Positions 42,096-55,449 of a stretch of DNA of 64,000 nucleotides are shown here, in pieces. The notes beneath the pieces are model-generated. The model had not been told where the DNA came from. It saw only the letters and a program-made list of their open reading frames with translations, and did not search any database. Position 1 is the stretch's first letter. Each line of letters starts with the position of its first letter. Both the position numbers and the translations under genes were made by a program. The stretch covers positions 14,796,652 to 14,860,651 of the forward strand of contig CM119266.1 in the NCBI GenBank assembly GCA_051294375.1. Reading direction: 5' to 3'. This stretch comes from Paraspadella gotoi. Its lineage: Eukaryota; Animalia; Chaetognatha.

Positions 42096-45000
42096 AATAT
42101 TAGAAACAATACATTATGCAATGTACAACAAAGATAAATTCTTTAAGCTAAAAGTGATAATAATTATTTTTACAATTAACTACTATAAATTAGGGAATAT
42201 GAAAATGAAAAATGAAAAGGTGAAAGATTTGCTTCAACCAAAGGGGGCCAGCTCATTTTGAGCTCTTTCTTTATTCTTAAAATTTCACTTTAACAACTAT
42301 TCAAAACTCTTATCCCTAAAATCTTTCACCTTTTCATTTTTTATTTTCATATTCCCTAATTTATAGTAGTTAATTGTTAAAAATAATTATTATCACTTTT
42401 AGCTTAAAGAATTTATCTTTGTTGTACATTGCATAATGTATTGTTTCTAATATTTCTCTGTCTCTCTCTCTCTCTCTCTTCCCTTTCACCATTTAATTTC
42501 TTTTCACAATCTAACTCAATCTGTCCTTATCTTAACCTGTCCTCACATCTGACCACTATTCTTTTCTCATCTCTGTGTTGGAAACTTTGCCCTCTCTCTC
42601 TATTTTTCTCTCTTTCTCTCTCTCTCTCTTCTTCTTTTGCACAAATCAATTTAAAAATTCACAAATAATTTGTTAACGCTGAAGAAGGCTTGTATGTAAG
42701 CCGAAACATGTACGTTTTTACAAATAAAGTCGTAGAAAAACATTAAAAACGTCTTCCAATACGCAATCACAACGAAAAAAAAAGGAAATTCACGAAATCA
42801 GTCTTTCAAAAATTTTGTAGATAATATTATATTGGAAGATAAGCAACATTACTATTGAAATCAGTAGGAAAATGGATATTATTCTTCCCAAATTAGAGGA
42901 ACTAATTCTCAATGATAATTAAAATATTTTTAAAATTTTTTATGTTATGTTATGGAAAAAATTTTATTCTATTTTCTTTTTTAAAAAATAAATTTGATAG
43001 TTTCAGCCCACAATTAATCATCTTTCAACTCTGTACCTGCCATACGGGAAGAGTGAAGAGGGCTGTAAACGTCCAAGCCTGGTTCCAATCCCACGACCCA
43101 TTCCATTGCTATCAAAGGGGCTGAAAAAGTTAGGGAGACCCTTCAGCCTACTTAGTGCCTTACCTATAATTTTATAAACAGAAAAAATAAGGTTGGACAT
43201 TTTATAAAATACTGACATGAGGGTTTATCATGCTGAAATTACTTATATGCTATAAAATTTGATTTATTTTTAATGTTTTATTGTTTAAAAAAATTACTCA
43301 TGTATTGGTAATTTAGTAATTGATGAGATGTAGCAAAATGAGCCTTTATACTGAATAGAATTTGGTTTATATAAAAATAATAAAATTTAAAAAGTTATTA
43401 GATAAAAGTTATAGGTATTACAGTAACTTTTTTATGTTTATGCATTTCTTAATGATTGTGGGAAACATACACATATGAAAAATACACATATTTGTAAAGT
43501 ATAATTTAAACACATATGAAACATACACATATTTGTAAAGTATAATTTAAAAAAACCAAGTGTTACACTGCCTGAATTGACTCCATGTTATATGAAATAT
43601 GCTGAATTTTCTGGTAAGATAATAAAATATTTCTTATGATTGAATAAAGTGACTCTTAAAAAAACAATGTTACTAAAACTATTACAAAAAATATATTTTG
43701 CAGAAAATATAACAAGGGACATTCAAAAATATTCTAGTGATATTTATGAAAAATTGGATACAATTGTGCCTCTGTTGAATGAGCTAATTATCAATAACGG
43801 TAAGCAGAAATGTAATGATTCCTCAGGAATTTATGGATTATTGGATTCAATAGTGGAAATTCAAAATGAAGTTATCTTTTTCTATAAAGTTCAAGGTTGA
43901 ATATATTTAAAATATTGAAACTAAGCGATTAAAATATTTTAATTATATATTTATAAACATGATTCAGTGTAAATCCTATCTTTTTGTTGTGTTTGAATAC
44001 TAGAAAAACGAAAATTTGTTTGTTTTGACGACTTTATTTTAAGAGAAAACAAGAATGGTAATTCAAATATGTTGCGCTGCAGTGACTGCATTATTACGTG
44101 TATTTCTCATGACATATCATGACATGACGTGATATGACTACAATAACTTTTTTAGCACATGTATTTCTGACACTCATTGCATCGGAATTTTGTTTTTTAT
44201 TCTTTATAGTTTTAGGATTTCCCGAAGGCGTCGCTAGCAGTCTCTTAGATTATATGTTTTTTCCTGTCTTGACAAATGAGCAACCAACTATGAGCATTTT
44301 TAAGGTAAGTGGGACAAACCGACGGACAGACATACCGACCAAAAAGTGACATATAGAGTCATGTTTTGACTCTGTTTCGAGTCTTCATAAGCTCGTTGTC
44401 AAAACAAAAAATTTTCGTTTTCTACTATTTGTAAACATATTTCTAAATAAATTGTTAATTTATTGAGTTTTTTATATTCAAACCATGAGAAGAAATACAG
44501 GGCTACACGTTTAAACCTCATTTTTTTTTGCAGCATCAGTTGCATTGAAATCATATAAAACATTTTAGATATAAAATTGATATATTTTTCTAATTAGACG
44601 TTGTTTGATGATGCATGGTTCATTATTTTACTTCAAATTTTCGTTGGTTTTTCTGAATCTGACATGAACCCCTGATGTTCATTAAACATAGAATTAAGTT
44701 AAAATAGGTTTTGGTAATAATAAATACGTTTTTCCAATGAATGAACATTTATAAAACTGTTTAAAACTAAAAGAAATTACAAAATTGAACAATAATTTTT
44801 AACCATTTTTTGCCCCAATAGGGGACCCCATTTGGGGCCCAATATCGGTCAAATATCATATGTAACATATTTCAACATATTGGTCTAGTTGTTATTCCGG
44901 AACTGCTTCTTGGCTAAAAAAATTGCGTATAATTTTTTTTATGAAGCCTTCTATATATCATTTAGATTTTAATATGCAAATCAATTTAAGGTGATATTTG

Positions 45001-48000
45001 ATAAAATGAGAAATAATAACATATGGCAGTGAATGAATACATAACAAAAAGATTGGATGGAACAAATTAGCTAATAAAAAAATTAACAGAAATTAATACT
45101 TTAATATTATACATTATGACATTATTTATAACTATTGTTTAAAGTTTTAAACATTTTTTTACAGAAAATTCAACAAATGAAATTCATGAAAAATTAAACA
45201 TTATTGATCCAAAGCTTGATAAACTAATTCTCAATGATGGTAAGTCGTAATAACTGGAAACAAGTCTTAATCTTTAATAAGAATTTATACTTTTTAGGTA
45301 ATACTACATCATGCTTACAGATATTGGATATACTTTATCAAGTATCAAATAAAATTGTTAATCTATCAGAAAATCAAGGTAATACATCTTATTACTATAC
45401 AAATTGATTTTTAAAAAAAATTATTTAAAAACTATTTCATTCAGAAAATATAACCTCGGATCTTGACAAATTGACAAATGAAATCCAAGTTAAAATGAAT
45501 GTTATTGTTCCAAAAATAGATCAGCTAATTCTTAATGATGGTAAGAATTAAGATGTTAATATTTGTTAGATGTTATGAGATAATAAAATATGTTAAATTG
45601 ATACTTTTTTAGCAAATAATTCTTCACATTTACAATTGATGGATTCAATACATCATGTCTCAAAAACAATAGATATATTATCCACCAATCAAGGTCAGTT
45701 TTTTTTTTTGATTTTTTATACTACAATGCCGTAATTTTGAGCGAGATACTGATTAAAATTTATAGAAATATTATCTCTTACAGAAAATATAACACGGGAT
45801 AATCAAAATTCTACTGATGTAATTTACAGAAAAATGGATACTATCTTTTCCATATTGGATGAGTTAATTTTCAATGATAGTAAGCAATAATAATTACTGG
45901 AAATAAATAAATATAAAAATAATCATTTTTATTTTTCAGGAAATACTACTTTTCATTTTCAATTATTGGATTCAATATACAAAGTACAAAATGAAGTTAT
46001 ATTTTTCTCAAGAAGTCAAGGTTAAACATCCTTTGCTGCTGATGAGAAGAAACAATCAGCAGCTTTAGAATTAATATATTTTAAAAAAAAATATATATAT
46101 ATTTTTGGTATATCTTTATTTGAGACTGATTCGGATTTGTTCTTAGGAAAAACAAAAATAAAAAAATACGATGGTCGCATACACAATTGTCTAAGCTACT
46201 TTTTTATTGAGTAGCTTTTTTTTATACATAACGTTTACATTTGCAAAATATCATGCAAAATTTCAACTAACTGGAGAATACATGAAAAAGCTATCCAGAA
46301 AAAAACAATACAGCATCACCAACATTGCCCAATCATACCTGATTTCAATAATCCTTCCATTGTCTAGGAAAGAACACAAAAAGCTACTGTAAGACAAAAA
46401 CGGTATATGCATTAGAGATTTGTTGAAATAGTATACTAGCAGTCGCCCGGGAGAAGGCCTAAACAAAGACTGGGGCGACTATGTTAATACCGACGCCTTG
46501 CAATCAGTGTTTCAAGACTAGTAAAGAGGGAGGAGAGTGCTGAATCATTTTGGGACCTTGCTTATGTCATTAATTTTATGGCTAATTTTATCTCTCTCTT
46601 GCACTCACTTTCACTCTTTCCATTTTTTTATTGCTGTTATTAATACAAATTTTTAAAAAAATATTTCTTGCCACTGAAGATGACATAGAAAGCATGTTGA
46701 AGTATTCAACATTCAATTTTTGTCTTTTGCACTTTTTCTTCTTCATGAAAGTAATAAACTTATATAGGATAAAGTACTTTTAAACATTGGTTTTGAATAA
46801 ATTAAGTCAATATCTGTTCAAAAGATTAGGTTTTTAAAAAAAAACTATAATATTTTAATATTTAAACTAAATAGAAAACTTTAATATCGCTCTAATATTA
46901 AACCAAAAAAATTATTCAAGGCATATCAAAATTACTAAAATTGATATATGTTTTAATTAACTTATCTATAAAAAGAAATGATTGGATGTAATAAAAGTAA
47001 AATTAGTTGAATAAAAACTATCAGAAATTAATCCTTATAGTGTGCACTGTACTTATTGTTCTTTCACATGTGATTAATATAAAATAACTAAATTTTTAAA
47101 TATTTTTTACAGAAAATTTAACAATGGATATTCAAAAATCAACAAATAAAATTCATGAAAAATTAAACAACATTGATCCAAAGCTTGATGAACTAATTCT
47201 CAATGATGGTAAGCAACGATAATAACTAAAAAGTATACAAACATTTTGAATTTTTTTTAATACTATTTGTATTTTCAATAAATAGATTTAATCTGTCACT
47301 ATCAAATACCACTATTATTTAATCAAAAAATCCGAGTAAGATTTATTATTACTAATAAAAAGGAATAATTTATATACAATATAATTTTTTAACTTTAAAA
47401 AGAAATTGAAATACATATTTTTTATCTACTTGAAAGATAAAGCAATTTTTTATTATACAGAAAATATTACTTTGCATTTACAATTATTGGATTCAATACA
47501 TCAAGTATCAAATAAAATGAAAGAATTATCAGTCAATCAAGGTAAGATTAAATTTCTTTTTGAATGAATTAATTTCTAATTCAAAGACTTATAATAGGTA
47601 CATGATATTAATTATATGAAATTGTTTCATACAGAAAATATAACTTTGGACCAACAAAAATCTTCTGCTGAAATTCATAAAAAAATAAATTCAATGGTTC
47701 TGAAATTGGAGGAGTTAATTTTCAATGATGGTAAGCAGAAATAGCTGAAATCACTGAAATCTTATTTCTTTTAATGGCAAAACGATGAATGATTGTGATT
47801 CTAAAGAAAGTATTACGATAAGTCTGATTCATTTACTTTGGAAAAGATATTGCTTTAAAAAATAATTCATGTATTTGAACACTATTAAAAATATTTGTAA
47901 AAATATATTACTTTTATTACCTTTTAATATGAAATATAACCAAGGATAATCAAAAATCTACAAAATAAATTTGGGAAATGCTGATTGTTTTTTATCCAAA

Positions 48001-51000
48001 AAAACTAGTTCTTAATGATGGTAAGAAATAAAGAAAGAAGTGTTGTAGGAGATTTTATAGGTTCACCCTGCCTATAAGCATTAAGGCGGGCCAAAATTGA
48101 ACACTTTTTATAACTTCTAGTTCTCTCAAAAATTTTTTTTTCCTTCTATTACTAAATCGATTTTCAATGCAACTTTTTGAATTAGTTCATTGGGTTGTTG
48201 CACTGAAGCTTTTAAATATTTATTAATATATAACAAATTAGAAAATTCAAAATTTCAACCTGTTGCAGCATGACATCTTCATTGTACCGCTTTCAATCCC
48301 AAACCGGTATCTATCCTGTGGGAAGCCTGAGGATGGCCGTAAATCATTTTGGGGGCGTGGAAAACCCTCAAGCCTGGTTTCAAGCCCAGGACCCGTTCCA
48401 TGGCTGCTAGAGGGGGTTAAAGAATTCGCGCATTCTGCCCATTTAGAATTATTAAAGATTTATTTTTTACCATTTTTATACTTTAATTGACAGAGGTTTT
48501 ATATTTGAAGTAGATGAATTAGATGTATTAAGTAACAAAAAACCACAAATAAAAAAAATTATGAAAAAAAATAATAGTGTTCTCGATACTGACATTCTTA
48601 ATGTAGAAAACATCACATGGAATATTGTTATATCAAAAAATGAAATTCAAGAAAAATTGGCTGTTATTGTTCCTAAATTGGATGAGCTAATTCTCAAAGA
48701 TGGTAAACCACTTTGCAAGGAAAATCAATTAATAAAACTTTTATAATATTGTTTATATTCTTTAGGAAATAAAACTTTTCATTTTCAATTATTGGATTCA
48801 ATACTCGGAGTACAAAATGAAGTTATTACTTCATCAAAAAAACAAGGTTTGATATTATGTTATCTTTAATGATTCATGGTTTAGTTAAAAATATTAAAGA
48901 AGTGAATATAAAGAATTTTAGAAGCTTTTAAAAAACCTATTGTTTTTCATTAATTTAACTTTAAAACAAGGTGTTGCGCCGCATTACTTTTCTTTTTACT
49001 TATCATGTTATTTATTCCTTATAGTTTATAAGATTTCTTTAAAAACAAAAGACGGCGCCAGTAGTCGCTTAGATTTGATTTTTAACAAATGAGCAACAAG
49101 ATATTAGTATTTTTAACGTAAGTGGGACAGTCCAATGGACAGACAGACCGACCGACCGATGGACCGACCGACCGAAAAGTAACTTATAGAGTTGCTTCGC
49201 GAGTACTCGCGGCGCAACTAAAAATCAAAGAAAATATTTTTTGAAAGCTTTTAAAATTATTTTGAGTGTGTCTAATATTTTTACAAAGACAAAATATATT
49301 TTAAAACAAAAATTTAATTTTCAGAAAATATAACAATGTATAATTTGGAATCAACAATGCAAATTCAAGAAAAATTAAATGTCCTTGATCCAAAACTTGA
49401 TACACTAATTCTCAATGATGGTAAGTAATGAGCAACAACAAATACACAAGTTTAAGCAATATCGCCTGTGCCCAGAATTTATTAGCTATGATAATGGATA
49501 ATAGTAATTCTCTTTCATTCTAAATCTTTCTCTCGCTCTATCTTAATATTTATTGCCTTATTATTTTTTTTTCACTTGGCAATGATGGATTACTACTCAA
49601 AACAATTTTGAAAAAAGAAAATTATTTCAATATATAAAAAAGTTATTCTTTTTAGGTAATAATACCTTACATTTACATTTAATGGATTCAATATATCAAA
49701 CATCAAAGAATATTGATAGATTATCAAAAAATCAAGGTCATAACTTTTTTATCTTTTAAATACTAATGTAAATGTAATTTAAATTAATATTAAAGTTAAT
49801 AAATTTGACTTATGCAGAAAATATAACATCGGATAATAAAAAATCAAATGATGAAATACAGGAAAAATTGGATGATATGGTTCCAAAGTTGGATGAGCTC
49901 ATTCTTAATGACCATAAGCAGTTTTATTTAATGGATGAAAATGAACAAAATATCAGAACAAAAAGGTTCATATTTTTTTAGGAAATAGTACTTCCCATCT
50001 TCAATTAATCGATTTAATACATGGACTGAAACACGAAGTTATTATATTATCAAAAAATCAAGGTGAGATATTAATATGATGTAATAATATTGAACTAATG
50101 CGCGAAGAAAACACAGCCTCATGTTTCCATGGGGGCCCATTTCATCTTAATTTGGGAATTAAGTTATTTTTTATGTTTAAAGATTAGTTTAAAGGTCTGG
50201 GTAAGGGTTTAGGTTAAGGAATAAGATTGGGAATTAGGTTAATGATTAGGGTTAGGGATTAGGGTTAAGGACTTAGCTTTAGAGTTAGGGGTAAGGTTTA
50301 AAAATTTGTATTTAAAGTTTAAGGTGAGGGTCAAAGATTAGGTTAAAGCGAGGGATCAGGGATAGGAATTAGGGATCAGTGTTAGGAATTAGAGATTAAG
50401 AAACAGAAAGGGGCACTTTTTCACAATAAATAATGGAAATTCATGCAAAGTAAAGAAATCTCTTTACCACTTAAATAATTGTACATTTAAAATTTCAACT
50501 GAAGCACTAAAGCACTATATTGCATTAAATTTTTAAAAATGTTGTCACAACTTTAATATGTTTATTTCAGCAAATATGACAATAGATAATCAAAAATCAG
50601 CAAAGGAATTACAAGAAAAATTAAGTATTATTGAGCCAAAGCTTGATGAAATAATCCTCAATGATGGTAAGGAATTATTTATAATTTATAAACTAAAAAA
50701 ATTATTTCTATAAAATTAATTAAGATAATGAATCCAGTAAAATGATATTAAATGTCATTAAAAGACTTTACATCCAAAGCGATTGAAAATTCATATCATG
50801 AAATCTAGCAACTATTAAAAATTATGGTTTTAAAATTGGATGAGCTTATTTTTAATGATGGTAATGAATTATCGAAAAATGCTTTTAAATAAAATGTCTG
50901 TTAAATAAATAAGGTTGGAAAATATGACAAATCATATTCAAAATTATGTGAATACTTTCTTTAAAATGTTTTTAAAGGTAATTAAATGATTTTATTCAGA

Positions 51001-54000
51001 AAATACATCAAGGGCGATTGAAAATTCAAAATATGAAATCCAGAAACTATTAAATGAGACAGTTCTAAAATTGGACGAACTAATTTTTAATGATGGTAAG
51101 GAATGATCAATATATGCTTAAAAAAATCGCGAAAATTAATTTTTTAAAAAATTGGTTTTCTCTAGGAAATAACTCTTTGCATTTTCAACTAATGAATTCA
51201 ATATTTCAAGTATCAGTTAAGATTGATAACTTATCAGCAAACCAAGGTAAGACTCCGTTTTTCTATAAATAAATTGAATATTTTTTCAAATATTATCAAA
51301 ATATTTATTTTTTCATGTCCTCTTGAAAATAGGATTATTTCTCTATTTATTTATTTATTTATGTACATTCTATGTACGCAAAAGCATCTAGTCCAAGGTA
51401 TATACTAATTTAAAAAAAATTTAAACAGCAAATATAACAACTGAATTTACCTATGAAATGCGTAAAAAATTGGATATAATTATTCCAAAATTGGATGAGC
51501 TTATTCTCAATGATGGTAAGAAGTAATGATTGAATAAAAAAATAATATATACAGATATATTGTCGTAACATATATTTTCGTTTCGTTTTAAATGAAGAAT
51601 TTGTTTTGTTCACAAACAACAAACTGACAGATATATAAAAAATTATCTATATAAATAATATATATTTGTGACGTTTTTTATCTTCAGGAAATCATACTTT
51701 TCATTATGAAATAATGGATTCAATACTAGGTGTACAAAATAAAACTATCAATTTGTTTAAAAATCAAGGTGAGAGAATGTATAATCGCTTTCAATTTATT
51801 ATTAGCCCCTAAAAAATGAACCTGAAAGTATCCTAAGTGTATATTGATTTAAAATAATTTTATTTCCAATAGAAAATGTATCCCTGGACAATCAAAAATC
51901 AATAGTGGAAGTGCAACAAAAATTGGATATTATTTTTCCAAAACTTGATAAATTGATTCTTAATGATGGTAAGATTTAGAAAAATATATACGAATATTAA
52001 TTACCAATGTATGTGGTGTGTACCACATAACACACGCGCACTATGTAACCAACACACCCTATGTTGCAGTTCAACTTTAGTATATGACTAAAACTTTACG
52101 GATTTCTGTCTAATAACATAATTTAAATTTAAAAATTAAAATTAAATCTTATAACTCATTCGTCTTAAAAACTAGAAAATAAAATTATTTAAAAATAGAA
52201 AATTAAAAGTAATTGAAAGTTTAAGAAGAATAACAATAATTGATTACAAATAAACCCAACTGGAAAATATAGTAAATAATAAAAATGTTGTGGTAAGGCA
52301 ACATAAAATTAGACAAATGCCATAAGTTTAAATTGGGAGTCAATATCGAGTTAAAGTTTTGAAGGAATATTACTTTTAGAGTTGAAAATCAATGAAACGA
52401 TGTTTTATTTTTTGTAGAAAACTTGACTTCGGAAAACCAACAATCATCTGAGAAATTTATTGAAAAATTATCCATGATTGCGTATAAGCTGGAATATTTG
52501 ATTGAAAACGATGGTGAGATAAAATCAAAATATTTTATACCTTTGATGTATATGTAAAACTGTTTGTAATTTTTAAGGAAATAATACGTTTCATATTAAA
52601 ATGATGAATTCGATAATTGAAGTTCAAAATGATATTGGTAAGTTATCTATAAATTATGTCGTGAATAAACAATTAACTGACATATGAACGCTTTCAAGCT
52701 CTCTCTTTTTGTTTTACCTAATAAAAACGGTCATTGAATCTCTCCAACTCTTCGCTCTTTCCTAACAGTTCCTCAAATTGTATGCATCTTCTTTTGCTAA
52801 TTATCTGTCAATATTTTCAAAAAGCACCCAATTTCTGCCAATATTTAAAATTAGACTAGTTTTTATGGTTGAATAGGCGGGGGATACGCGATTAAGTTGC
52901 CTAATTTAATCCCTAAGGTGAGGGATTATGGAGAAAAGTTTTCTGGAGTTTTCTTTATTAATTTTTAAATATACAAAAAATATATTTATTACTTTCTGAT
53001 TTATTTTCTAAGGTAAGTAAAATAGACGCTATGTGGGGTTTTAAAAGTGATTATACTCTTCTTCTTCTTTCTCAGAAAACGTAACTTTTGTTAATCAAAA
53101 CGCGGTGAGCAAAATTCAAGAAAGATTGGATTTTATTGATCCCAAACTTGATCAATTAATTCTTAACAATGGTAAGAAATTCATAAAACTTTTACTGTGT
53201 ATTTCATTTTTAAAGTAGTAATATATATATGATTATGCTTTATTGATTTTTTTTCTTACTTGATGCTTTAGTAGATCATGTAATGCTAATTAAAAAAAAT
53301 TTCATTATCTGGATTTAGTATTTAATAAATGGTAAAATAAATCAAATTATTACACTTGTATCTTCAAGAATTAGTACATTGTTTCTATTTTGTTACAGAA
53401 AACATGACATTGGATAATCACAAATCATCAGTTGAAGCTCAGAAAAAATTAGATATCATTATTCCTAAGCTGGATCATTTCATTTTAAGTGAGGGTAAGG
53501 ATTTATAATACTCTTAAATAATAATAATAATAAATATTTAAAAAATCGGAATTACGAGGATTATCAAACTAAAATAATTCTATGGATATTTCTTTCAAGG
53601 AAATAATACGTTCCATTTAAAAATAATGGATTCAATATCAGAAGTTCAAAATGAAATCAGTGAATTGTCTAAAAATCAAGGTAAGACTTGAAGACTAGAT
53701 TGAAATTATTATTTATTTTTTTCTACAAGCTACTATTTATTTATAATACGCAAATAGAATAGAATTTTAAAATTTTAAATTTTTTTTCACGTTTTTAAAA
53801 TATATTTGAATTTTTTGTGAGAATTTAAGATTAAGAACATCATTCGTTTATAGATTTAAACTAATATAAAATTCCCAAATTTTAGGTTCGGTACTGTCGT
53901 CTTTAAACACTTTACAAAATCAATCTGTAGAAGATTTAGAATTGTCAACGGACCATCGAAATTTGTTAAAAAATGTCAGTCTTAAAGTAGATGCAATCAT

Positions 54001-55391
54001 ACAACCAGAAGGTCAGTGTTGAAAGAACTTCGTCCTTTTTTCTCGCGTGAACAATATAAAAAAAAACTATTTGAAATCTTCTCTCTCCCAGTGGACTGTA
54101 GAAACTCTTCTGTTGCTGAGGAACTCAACCTAAAAATAGCTGACCTTGTCGCCCAAGTGGCCAAACTCGAAACAGGAAGCCCCACCGCTGAGACGCCTGT
54201 GCGCGAAATCATACTTTGTGAGTTTTCGCGTTATAAGCTCTCACAATCATCAATTATGATATCGAATGAGATATATTTATTTATTTATTAATTTTCTTAG
54301 TATAAGATATTTTTAAAAAAAACTTAAAAGTGTTTAACACTTTCTTTTCAATTTGTAATTTGAAGTAATATTCATAAGAATTACAACGAGTCACCATTTA
54401 ATGTCGAATTCATGGACAGCCTCGTCGGCGTCGCGGAAGTTCCGCCTCCTCTTTCCCGACAAACGTGTTGTTGAAAAACCGATGCTGCTTGTGTCCACAT
54501 TCTCCGGGTCAGCGTCCTTTGAATACGCATACTTCGATGGGTCGAGCACCGTCACCAAGTCCGCCAACATTGATGACACCGCGAGAATCGTAAGATGAAC
54601 TATTTCAATCGTCTCCTCATTGATGAACAGGAGCAAAATGCTTCAATTTTCATTGAGAAAGAAAATGATTTTTATTAGAAAAGGAAGTTTGCTCCCTTTA
54701 TGACACGAAGATGGCCAGACAGCGAATTCAATTTACTGTTATTAATGGGCGATAGAACTCCAACGAGATTTTACGTCCAACAGAACTTTTTTTTACTATT
54801 AATAGATTGACAGCCGCTAGAGTGTTCTTACAATCGACCAACCAAAATCACTCACTGCTAAACATTCAAAAGATCTATGAAAGTTCCCTACCAGTTTTTC
54901 TTTTAAAAGGCTCAACAAAAGTTGAATATGAAAACTTTATATTTTTACGTAGATGCCAGAACTCATCTTCAAGCTTTTCTCCTTATGGTAAGGCCGATGG
55001 CGACTTCAGCCTGGTCGAGTCGGTCCTCATGACTGACGCCGGTCTTCAAGCTAACAAAGTCGTCAGTGTGACATCAGAAGATTCCGACGTCCATGTCATC
55101 GGAATAAATCCGGGCGGAGACGGGGATGGCTTTCTCGCTCTTCCGCTCAATACTTGGGGTTGGTAATCCGCATTGACAACGATATATGCAAAATATCAAA
55201 CTTAAAATTTTTGCAATATTACAAGCATTAATAACGTCACAATCAACAGGAACTTCGTACCGAGTGCCTTCTTATGATCCTTCTTATGATCCTGCTCCGT
55301 CATTTGGTTTCACCTCTCAATTTTCGGTACGAATCTTACCTGAACCTCCGGTAACCTTACTTTACCTTACCTTACCTTCGGGTTGCACTTT

Positions 55392-55449
<58 letters not shown>

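Larger units (their letters stand above)
41780..42794. mobile_element. Penelope-like element remnant: inverted pseudo-LTR pair with 13-bp TSD
   Basis: 41780-~42230 is the reverse complement of ~42320-42759. The right arm has a 35-nt tail (42760-42794). aaatcagtctttc flanks the insertion at 41767-41779 and 42795-42807. Each arm carries a hammerhead motif. Confidence 0.85.

Noticed and set aside
35781-53680. CRISPR-like or satellite reading of the repeat-spacer pattern
   Set aside because: The repeats are bounded by ag/gt, keep codon frame and diverge like coding sequence; the spacers are introns; eukaryotic context with no cas genes.
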